Origin: an uncultured Armatimonadia bacterium
GTDB lineage: Bacteria; Armatimonadota; Zipacnadia; CAZGSV01
Assembly: GCA_964528605.1 (NCBI GenBank)
Contig: CAZGSV010000003.1
Coordinates: 2,094 to 66,093 of the forward strand
Direction of reading: 5' to 3'
DNA length: 64,000 nt
The notes beneath the pieces are model-generated. The model was not told the origin of the DNA, did not search any database, and worked only from the letters and a program-made list of their open reading frames with translations. Positions 57,347 through 64,000 of this stretch are shown here, one piece after another; positions within the stretch are counted from its first letter, which is position 1, and every line of letters begins with the position of its first letter. The position numbers and the translations under genes are program-made.

Positions 57347-58763
57347 TCCGTATCGGCCTCAGTTCACGAGTGCCCATGGCGTCCCAGTAGATGGGGCAGG
57401 CAGCCCCGCACAGGTCGAGCAGATTGCAGTCGCGGCACAAGTCCGGCGCGTAGTCGCGGCGCTGCCACCAGCGCGCCGCCGCTGACGACCATACCTCGGG
57501 AAACGGCTCCCGCAGCAGGTTGCCGACGGGCTCGGTCACACTGGAGCACGGCAGCACACCGCCGTCCGGGGCCACGCTGAGCAAACCGTCACATGCCGCG
57601 CACGCCTTGTTCCCCAGGCCCTCGGCCACCGGGTTGAAAAGGCAGTAGGGCGTGGGAGAGTACCACATGAACTCCAGCCCGAGCCGCCGCGCGCGGTCGC
57701 GCACGCGCAGCACCGCCTCGCCTATCTCCTCGTAGGCCACGTAGTTGGCCTCGGGCTCCAGCGCAGCGCTGCCGCAGGGCATGATCATGTTCATCGAGAG
57801 TCGCTCGCGGCCCAGACGCGCGGCCAAGTCGACCACGCCCTCGACGCAGTCAATGTTGCCACGGCTGATCGTCGTGTGCGTGTGCGCCGTGATCCCGGCC
57901 TCGGCCAGGTTGCGCACCCCCGCGCACGTGGCCTCAAAGGACCCCGGCACGCGGGTAAGCCTCTCGTGGACCTCCGCCGTCGGGCCCTCAACGCTCACCT
58001 GCGCGCTGTTGAGGCCGTGCTCGCGCAGCGCCCGCGCGCACTCGGGCGTGATGAGTGTTCCGTTGGTGATGAGGTTGACGCGCATGCCGAGGCGGCGCGC
58101 ATAGCGTACCAGCCGCGGCAGGTCCGGGCGGACGGCCGGCTCGCCGCCGGTGAAACTAGTCGTGGGCACTTTGGCCTCGTGCCAGATAACGCGGAGCACG
58201 CGCTCGATGTCCCGTGTGCTCATCTCTCGCCCCGCGGGACCGCCGTGACAGCCGGGCCCTCCCGCGCCGACGCAGCCCGCGTAGCAGAACGTGCAGGACA
58301 AGTTGCAGCGGTAGGTGACCGCAATCTCGCTGAGCACCGGCAGCACATTGAACGGCCTGCGGAACGGCACCGTCTCCACCGCGCGCCGCGCCTGCCCTTC
58401 CCGCAGGCACCCGACCAGCAGTGCGCGCACGTCGCAGAAGAAGTCATGGATCTGCTGGCGTCGCTGCGGGGTATCTCCGACGCGCCTGAGGAACCGTTCC
58501 ACCGGCTCGCCGGACAGCGTCGCCTTGAGCAACGCGAGCGCCGTGGGGTTTAGGCGGTGCGCCTTGTTGGGCCGCAAGATTAGCAGGCTGTCCTCTTCGC
58601 GCACGTAGATGAAGGGCGCGATCTCGCGCACGAAACCGTCTATCCAGCGGATGTAAACCTGGTCGCCGTTGCCGGGGGCGGCACGCCTCCCGGCGCGCCC
58701 CTGCGCTCGCCTGCGCAACACAGACACTAGTGAGCCCCCCCGCTGACGCAGGCGCCGTGGCAT
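57339..58763 (-). CDS. radical SAM/SPASM-domain enzyme with N-terminal PqqD-like peptide-recognition (RRE) domain
   Basis: CNLSCTFC (CxxxCxxC) rSAM cluster motif. C-terminal CAACDG...C...CRDCNLLDLCGAAC SPASM cysteines. N-terminal LLILRPNKAHRLNPTALALLKATLSGEPVERFL matches the PqqD/RRE fold signature. A GTG at 58727 forms a TAGTG stop/start overlap and is an alternative start. Confidence 0.85.
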   Translation of the reverse strand: MPRRLRQRGGSLVSVLRRRAQGRAGRRAAPGNGDQVYIRWIDGFVREIAPFIYVREEDSLLILRPNKAHRLNPTALALLKATLSGEPVERFLRRVGDTPQRRQQIHDFFCDVRALLVGCLREGQARRAVETVPFRRPFNVLPVLSEIAVTYRCNLSCTFCYAGCVGAGGPGCHGGPAGREMSTRDIERVLRVIWHEAKVPTTSFTGGEPAVRPDLPRLVRYARRLGMRVNLITNGTLITPECARALREHGLNSAQVSVEGPTAEVHERLTRVPGSFEATCAGVRNLAEAGITAHTHTTISRGNIDCVEGVVDLAARLGRERLSMNMIMPCGSAALEPEANYVAYEEIGEAVLRVRDRARRLGLEFMWYSPTPYCLFNPVAEGLGNKACAACDGLLSVAPDGGVLPCSSVTEPVGNLLREPFPEVWSSAAARWWQRRDYAPDLCRDCNLLDLCGAACPIYWDAMGTRELRPIRNG

Positions 58764-60346
58764 GCGCTATGGCAGGCGGAGTGACAGGCCGAGTGGCACG
58801 CCGAATGGCATGCGTTGTGGCAGGCATCGTGGCAGGCGGTGTGCACGTAGCAGGCGCTGTGGCAGGCGTCCGAGTGTATCAGCGCACTGTAGCTTCTCTC
58901 CGGCGCGATGTTGGTTTTCTGCAGCGAGCGGTCTAGGTCGTGCGTGCGCCGGTAGTAATCGTCGCGGTCGCCGTAATACCAGTAACTGCTGTAGGGCCGG
59001 TAGTAGCGCTGGCCGAACGGCCCCTGGTACCATTCGTCCCCTGGTCCCTGTTGCGCCATCTGCTCGAAGTGCCCCCGGTAGGACTGCTTGGTCGCCTCCA
59101 GATCGCAGTCCCACGCCTTGCGCTGGAGGTTGTCCGACATCCGGACGAACATCTCCTTGACGTCGCTCTCCTCCAGCGTGCCGTCGAGAGTGATCGCATT
59201 GAAGAGCAGTTGGTCGTACTCGGGCACGTCCTGAAGCGTGGAGACGCGGCGTTCCAACTTGAGCGGGTCCACCGACTGGATCGCGATCAACTTCCGCCGC
59301 TCCATCCCGTCCAGCATCAGCGCCAGGATGGAGTTGATGGGATAGTCCAGCAGCAGCGCCGCCTCAAACATGTCGAGTTGCGCGATCTTGCCCGGCTGGC
59401 GGAAGGTGCTCACCTCAATCTTCGGAGGCACCCAGTCGTCCGAGGACCAGCGGATGCGACTCAGGTCCTGCGCCGTCTCCGTGGTGACCTGGTACTTGCG
59501 CTCCGCCAGGAAGAGCCCCAGCAGCACCAACCCTACCAGCGCCGCGCCCGCAATCAGCAGCCTCAGTCGCCGCCGCTGCGTGGGGCTGGTCAAGCGCGGG
59601 AGCGACTGCCCCTGAAACGGCGCCGCGTCAAGGTAGACCTGAATCGGCATCTTCTCCAGGGGTGCGACATTGGCCTTGTGCACGAGCATCGAGAGCCAGT
59701 AGCGGCCTTCCGATTCCTGCCCGTAGTAGTCAATCTTGTAGTTCTGGTTCATGAACTTCTCGGTCAGGATCTTGGCCTTGCTGACCTGCTCCGGGGTTAC
59801 GGCCTTGCCTTCGACCTCGATGGGGAAGTGCAGGTACACCGTCTCGTGGCCCATCGGCTCCTGGAACTGGCACGGCGCCCAGTCGAGATACACCAACTGC
59901 CCGTGCTCCTTGCTCTCGGTGGAGCCGAACATACCCTCCCGCGCCAGGTCCTGTGCGAAGACGACGCTGTAGGTCACGGAACCGCCCGTTGCCGCCGCGC
60001 CCTCCGCGAGTACGATGTCGTACTTCTCCTCTGCGCCGGAGACTTGGTTTATCGAGAGCGCGTGGGTGCGCCCCTGGCTGTCCTGTGCCTGGGAGCGCTC
60101 GAGGTCGAAGTACGGGTTCCCGTTGAACCCCTGCAGATAGAAGCCGTGCAGCGCGCCGCTGACCACCGAGTAGCGCGCCTGGTAGACGAAGGTGGCCTTG
60201 CCGTCTTGCTGGAGGCTGAGGTGCACCTCGACCCAGTCGAGGGTGACCTCCACTGCCGCCGCGGGCATGGCCGCGGCGCAGAGCAGCGCGACGAGCGCAG
60301 CGAGAAGAGGAACCGCGCGCAAGCGGCTCACTTTAGCGAATGCCAC
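58727..60346 (-). CDS. signal-peptide/membrane protein (DUF2207-like architecture) with Tyr-rich segment and C-terminal (Ala-Cys-His-Xaa)10 repeat tail
   Basis: Signal peptide AVPLLAALVALLCAAAMPAAA, a TM segment (LRLLIAGAALVGLVLLGLFLA), and the tail SDACHSACYVHTACHDACHNACHSACHSACHSACHSACHGACVSGGAH. GTG start at 60346. Confidence 0.6.
   Translation of the reverse strand: MAFAKVSRLRAVPLLAALVALLCAAAMPAAAVEVTLDWVEVHLSLQQDGKATFVYQARYSVVSGALHGFYLQGFNGNPYFDLERSQAQDSQGRTHALSINQVSGAEEKYDIVLAEGAAATGGSVTYSVVFAQDLAREGMFGSTESKEHGQLVYLDWAPCQFQEPMGHETVYLHFPIEVEGKAVTPEQVSKAKILTEKFMNQNYKIDYYGQESEGRYWLSMLVHKANVAPLEKMPIQVYLDAAPFQGQSLPRLTSPTQRRRLRLLIAGAALVGLVLLGLFLAERKYQVTTETAQDLSRIRWSSDDWVPPKIEVSTFRQPGKIAQLDMFEAALLLDYPINSILALMLDGMERRKLIAIQSVDPLKLERRVSTLQDVPEYDQLLFNAITLDGTLEESDVKEMFVRMSDNLQRKAWDCDLEATKQSYRGHFEQMAQQGPGDEWYQGPFGQRYYRPYSSYWYYGDRDDYYRRTHDLDRSLQKTNIAPERSYSALIHSDACHSACYVHTACHDACHNACHSACHSACHSACHSACHGACVSGGAH
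58730..58870 (-). repeat. in-frame ~12-nt tandem DNA repeat (GTGGCAGGCNNN on + strand) encoding the ACHX array
   Basis: Eleven near-identical 12-mers read directly from the + strand. The rSAM start codon (ATG at 58763) lies inside the array. Confidence 0.85.
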
Positions 60347-60352
60347 TACCCG

Positions 60353-60742
60353 CTACTGCTGCAGGCTCTCCACGCGCGCGCGCAGCAGGTCCGCCTGGGC
60401 GCAGATGAACTTGGCGAAGTCGCCCTTGGCCTCCGCCCACTCGCGCTCGCTGGGGAAGGTGTCCACGATCCCGCGCCACACTATCTGGTAGGCGCGCTCC
60501 AACGCCGGCTGGGCCTCTCCCGAGCCGCAGAACTCGAAGATGGCCTTGATGTCCACTGGGCGGAACACCGGCGAGGGGCCCGAGGGAACCTCCGTGGTGC
60601 AGCCCAGGAACATCACCCCCATCTCCTCCAGCATGTCCAGATGGAGGCGGACGGCCGCGATCACGGAGGCGACGGAGAAATCGGCCGAGGAGAAGTTCAT
60701 GTGCAGACTGCGCCCTTCGATCTGTGCATAAGGCGTGCTCAT
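60353..60742 (-). CDS. hypothetical cytosolic protein (129 aa), first gene of the rSAM operon
   Basis: ORF ends 6 nt before the start of the repeat-tailed protein gene. No family recognised. Confidence 0.4.
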   Translation of the reverse strand: MSTPYAQIEGRSLHMNFSSADFSVASVIAAVRLHLDMLEEMGVMFLGCTTEVPSGPSPVFRPVDIKAIFEFCGSGEAQPALERAYQIVWRGIVDTFPSEREWAEAKGDFAKFICAQADLLRARVESLQQ

Positions 60743-60870
60743 ACGGTCACCCCGCTGACTGAAGTGGTCTTAAGCGGCGCTGCTGGCGCGTAAGGGTAGC
60801 AGCCCACTGGGGGTGGGTCAAACCGGGCCGGCGCGAGCGCGGCTGGGGCTCGGCGGGCCGGAAGGGCAAG

Positions 60871-62268
60871 TCACTCGGCCAGGTAGCCGAGAGCCCGCAG
60901 GCGCTCCCTCTCGGCCGGGGTCAGCGGTCGCTGCACGCGCGTGACGGTGGGAAGGGGCTTCTCGAGCGGCCGCAGCGCCCAGCGTACATATTGCTCCGTC
61001 AGTTCAGGCCTCTGCGCCGCCAGGTCGCGCGTCTCGCCGGGATCGGCCTCGAGGTTGAAGAGCACGGGCACCCGCGACTCGGACAAGAGCAACTTGGCCT
61101 TGTGCGAGCGGACGAAGTCCAGCGTAGTCGGCGCCGGCTCCGCGCGGCCGTCAAGCAGGTAGGACAGCAGGGGGGTCCTGCTGTTGAACCGCTGTCCGTA
61201 GGCGAAGCCGCGGCCCAGTTTGGCGTTCTCGCGCTCCAGCAGCGGCACCAGACTCCTGCCCTCGTTCGGGGGCGCCGTGACGCCAAGCAACTCCAAGACG
61301 GTGGGAAAGATGTCGGCCAGGTCCACAATGTCGCTGCTGCGCTTCTTTGGCACCCCGGGGCCGCTCATCACCAGCGGCACGTGCAGTTCCTCATCGTACA
61401 CGCGCATCGCGTGCAGCAGGTAGTCGTGGTCGCCCAGCCCCTCACCGTGGTCGCCCGTGACCACGATCAGGGTGCTGTCCGTCAGATTCCGCTGGCGCAG
61501 TTCCCGCCACAGGCGCTGCAATTGCCCGTCCGCGTAATGGATCTCGCAATCGTACAGGTCGCGCAGCCGCTGCAACCCGTCACCGCCGGGAGTGAAGAAC
61601 GTACGCCGGTACGCCGGCGGCGGAGTGTAGGGGCCGTGAGGGTCGTACACATGCACGAAGAGGAAGAACGGCTCCTTGGCAGAATCTCTCAGCCAGGGCA
61701 GCGCCCGATCCAAGACATCCTCGGCCGGCACTTGCACGCCCCTGTCGAACGGGGACATCAGCCGCCAACTAGGCGCCACCTGAACGCCCCTGAAGGCGCC
61801 GCGACGATAGTACGCGTTCATGTTGTCGTCGTAGACTTGAAAGCCCTGGCTAAGCCCGGTGCCGGCCGACAGCACGCTGGAGCCGATGAAGCCGGCAGTG
61901 GAAAAGCCCGCGGCCCGCAGCACTTCCGCGAGCGTGACCAACTCAGGGCTGCCGATGCCGCTATTGGTGAGCACATCGTGCGTGCGTGGATGCAGACCGG
62001 TGAGCATAGTCATGTGCGAAGGCAGCGTCACGCTGGAGCACGCGAACGTCTTGAGGAAGACTGCCCCCTGGCGCGCAAGCGAGGCCACCCCCGGCGCCGT
62101 CTCGCGCCGGTAGCTGTGTAAGGACAAGTGGTCCGCTCGCAGCGTGTCAATGCTCACGAGAACGAGATTGCGGGGCTTCCGCGGCTGCGCCGGCGTCGGG
62201 CGAGAGAGCACGGCGAGTGTTCCGACCAGGCAACCCGGAATCACAACCGCCACCACCAGCCTCCTCAT
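60871..62268 (-). CDS. sulfatase-family (alkaline-phosphatase-superfamily) hydrolase/transferase, secreted
   Basis: LVLVSIDTLRADHL metal-binding motif and ...ACSSVTLPSHMTMLTG. ATG at 62268. Confidence 0.7.
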   Translation of the reverse strand: MRRLVVAVVIPGCLVGTLAVLSRPTPAQPRKPRNLVLVSIDTLRADHLSLHSYRRETAPGVASLARQGAVFLKTFACSSVTLPSHMTMLTGLHPRTHDVLTNSGIGSPELVTLAEVLRAAGFSTAGFIGSSVLSAGTGLSQGFQVYDDNMNAYYRRGAFRGVQVAPSWRLMSPFDRGVQVPAEDVLDRALPWLRDSAKEPFFLFVHVYDPHGPYTPPPAYRRTFFTPGGDGLQRLRDLYDCEIHYADGQLQRLWRELRQRNLTDSTLIVVTGDHGEGLGDHDYLLHAMRVYDEELHVPLVMSGPGVPKKRSSDIVDLADIFPTVLELLGVTAPPNEGRSLVPLLERENAKLGRGFAYGQRFNSRTPLLSYLLDGRAEPAPTTLDFVRSHKAKLLLSESRVPVLFNLEADPGETRDLAAQRPELTEQYVRWALRPLEKPLPTVTRVQRPLTPAERERLRALGYLAE

Positions 62269-63989
62269 CCCTGCATCTCCCTCAAGTGCGCCTCCACACG
62301 TGCGAGACGCTCGGCGGCGAGGCGCTTCCACTGGGGCGCGCAGCCCAGCACCTGAACAGCCGAGAGCGCTTCCCGAGCGCGCGAGAACTGCCCCTCCATT
62401 TCGTACGCGTACGACATGTTGAGTTGCGTCATCGCCCTCAGGTCGGGCCCCGGCTTGTACGTCAGCAACCCCTGGTAGTTCACCAGCCCCTCGCCCGGCT
62501 TCAGGCGCCGGAGGTAGGCGTTGCCTTGCAGCAGCACCCGGTCCGGCGAGGACCAGCCCGGCTCGGCGGGCTGCGCCAGGTCCGACTCCTTGAGATAGGG
62601 CGCCTGCGATTCCGTCAGGGGATCGCTGGCGTCCACCAGCACCATCTGCGCCCCGGTGACGTCAGGTTGCAGCCTGAGGGCGCGCCGGGCCTCCGCGATG
62701 GCCTGCGGAAACTGCCCCTGCCACAGATGCGCGCGCCCCAGAGCGGCGTGCGCTTCCGCCCAGTCGGGCGCGACCTTGACTGCCTGCTGCGCCGCTGCCA
62801 TGGCCCCCTGAGGGCGTCCCTCCCGCGCCAGCGTGGAGGCCAGTTGCACCAGCGGCGCCGCGTATCCCTTGTCCAGTTCCGCGGCCCGGGTCAAAGCGTT
62901 GATGCCCTGCAGAAACAGGCGCTCCTCGTAGCGCCGCAACTCGCCCTCCCAAGCGATCGAGACCTGCCCCATGCCGCACTGCGCCCGCGCATAGTCAGGC
63001 CTGGGTTTGAGCGCCGCCGCAAAGGCTGGCATCGCATCGCGCGCGTTGCCCCGGTCCAGAAGTTCCCAGCCCCGCTGGCAGAGGTATTGCGGATTCGAGG
63101 GGCTGAGTGCCAGCGCCCGGCCCGCCATTCTCACGTCGTCTCCCCAGGCTGCGGCATACCAGAGCCGTAGAACGACGAGTGGTACGAGCGCGACGATTCC
63201 CAGTCGCCACGGCCACGACGCGCGAGTCGGCGCACGCTGCTTGCGCGGTTGCGGCGCCGGCCGCACGACCAGTGTGGCCAGCAGCAGCGCCAAGCCGCCA
63301 ACCAGCATCGAGGTCGCCGCGGGCGCGGTCGTGACCGGAGCCCTGCGGCCCGCTGCCTCGAGCGCGGGCAGCAACGCGCCTGCCAGCAACCATACCGCGG
63401 GCACCAGCGTCTCCCGCTTGCGTACGGCGAGCCAGACCAAGCCGCCGGTGGCCGCAACGAACCACAGAGACAGCCCCACCGAGGTGCCCACGCTCACCGG
63501 CACTGCGCGCTCGAGGAGGAGCGGCACCGGCAGCAGTGTATGAAGGATCTGCAGGCCCGCGCTCGAGAGGACTGCTGCGATCCCGCCGCTTACGGGCGGT
63601 AGTTCTCCGCTAGTGCCGACCTGCGGCATCGGGCCGCGCAGATACGAGGCGGCTACTGCCCACAGCGCCGCCACGGCGAGCGAGGCCACCCCAGACCATA
63701 GCGCGGCCCGTCTCGAGGCCTCGTCTCGAGTGCTGAAGTAGATCGCCAGAGCAACGGGCCCTGCTACGGCTCCCCAGGGCCCGGCAAACGCAGCGCACAC
63801 GCCGAACAGCACGGCCAGCGCTACCCGCGGCCGGGCCGCCCGAAGCGCAAGCACCATCGCCCACACGAGGATGCTCGCGAGAAGCGCGCCTTGGTAGCGC
63901 AGCAGAAGCGCCGGCAGCAACGAGGGATGGAGCGCAACGACCAGGGCCCCGAGCAGCCCGACCGTCCCGCTCCTGGCCCACCGCGTCAA
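62265..63989 (-). CDS. polytopic membrane protein with C-terminal periplasmic TPR repeats (N-terminus may lie beyond the window)
   Basis: About 10 TM helices followed by TPR-like pairs (ALSPSNPQYLCQRGWELLDRGNARDAM...). Open frame continues to the window edge. Confidence 0.5.
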   Translation of the reverse strand: MTRWARSGTVGLLGALVVALHPSLLPALLLRYQGALLASILVWAMVLALRAARPRVALAVLFGVCAAFAGPWGAVAGPVALAIYFSTRDEASRRAALWSGVASLAVAALWAVAASYLRGPMPQVGTSGELPPVSGGIAAVLSSAGLQILHTLLPVPLLLERAVPVSVGTSVGLSLWFVAATGGLVWLAVRKRETLVPAVWLLAGALLPALEAAGRRAPVTTAPAATSMLVGGLALLLATLVVRPAPQPRKQRAPTRASWPWRLGIVALVPLVVLRLWYAAAWGDDVRMAGRALALSPSNPQYLCQRGWELLDRGNARDAMPAFAAALKPRPDYARAQCGMGQVSIAWEGELRRYEERLFLQGINALTRAAELDKGYAAPLVQLASTLAREGRPQGAMAAAQQAVKVAPDWAEAHAALGRAHLWQGQFPQAIAEARRALRLQPDVTGAQMVLVDASDPLTESQAPYLKESDLAQPAEPGWSSPDRVLLQGNAYLRRLKPGEGLVNYQGLLTYKPGPDLRAMTQLNMSYAYEMEGQFSRAREALSAVQVLGCAPQWKRLAAERLARVEAHLREMQG

Positions 63990-64000
63990 CGCGACGCAAG

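Noticed and set aside
58730-58870. Possible CRISPR-like array suggested by the regular 12-nt repeats
   Set aside because: The unit is 12 nt with no spacers, lies in-frame inside a CDS, and encodes the ACHX peptide repeat. No cas genes are present.
58727-60346. Equating the locus with the described His-Xaa-Ser (HxsA/B/C/D) rSAM system
   Set aside because: The repeat is A-C-H-S (period 4, Cys-centred), not H-x-S. There is a single rSAM with a fused RRE rather than two rSAM maturases, and the substrate is a 539-aa protein.
1-64000. tRNA, rRNA, integrase, transposase or prophage genes
   Set aside because: No cloverleaf-compatible ~75-nt segments with GTTCRANYC T-arm motifs were noticed in intergenic regions. 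No integrase or transposase signatures were seen in any ORF. This was a by-eye scan and a missed tRNA cannot be excluded.

Overview
High-GC (~68-70%) bacterial chromosomal window, densely coded on both strands. It spans the replication-origin neighbourhood: a DnaA-box cluster and promoter sit upstream of dnaA, followed by an AT-rich dnaA-dnaN spacer, dnaN and a DUF721/DciA-like gene. A planctomycete-type prepilin (H-X9-DG/DUF1559-like), many glycoside-hydrolase, Gfo/Idh/MocA, ThuA-like and PD40/TolB-like genes, and a sugar ABC transporter point to a PVC-superphylum-like or Armatimonadota-like saprotroph. Housekeeping genes include nadB (partial), an aspartokinase (lysC), alr, argS and phoU, plus a hypA-hypB nickel-chaperone pair with no hydrogenase in view. 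No tRNA/rRNA, CRISPR array, integrase or transposase was recognised. Many long antisense ORFs in the track are GC-rich artefacts. The most unusual locus is a tightly coupled four-gene minus-strand operon (56216-60742). It encodes a radical SAM/SPASM enzyme with a fused N-terminal PqqD-like peptide-recognition domain. That enzyme's start codon overlaps the 3' end of a 539-aa signal-peptide/membrane protein whose C-terminus is a tenfold (Ala-Cys-His-Xaa) repeat, encoded by a 12-nt tandem DNA repeat. A small cytosolic protein and a polytopic membrane protein flank the pair. This looks like an undescribed repeat-directed rSAM maturation system acting on the tail of a large protein rather than on a small precursor peptide. 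Other notable signals are two dispersed intergenic repeat families (a CTAC + GACGCCTGGCGGCGTC palindrome REP-like element, and an ACAGTAG direct-repeat motif with 14-nt phasing) and a 649-aa GGCT-like fusion protein that appears co-transcribed with hypAB.
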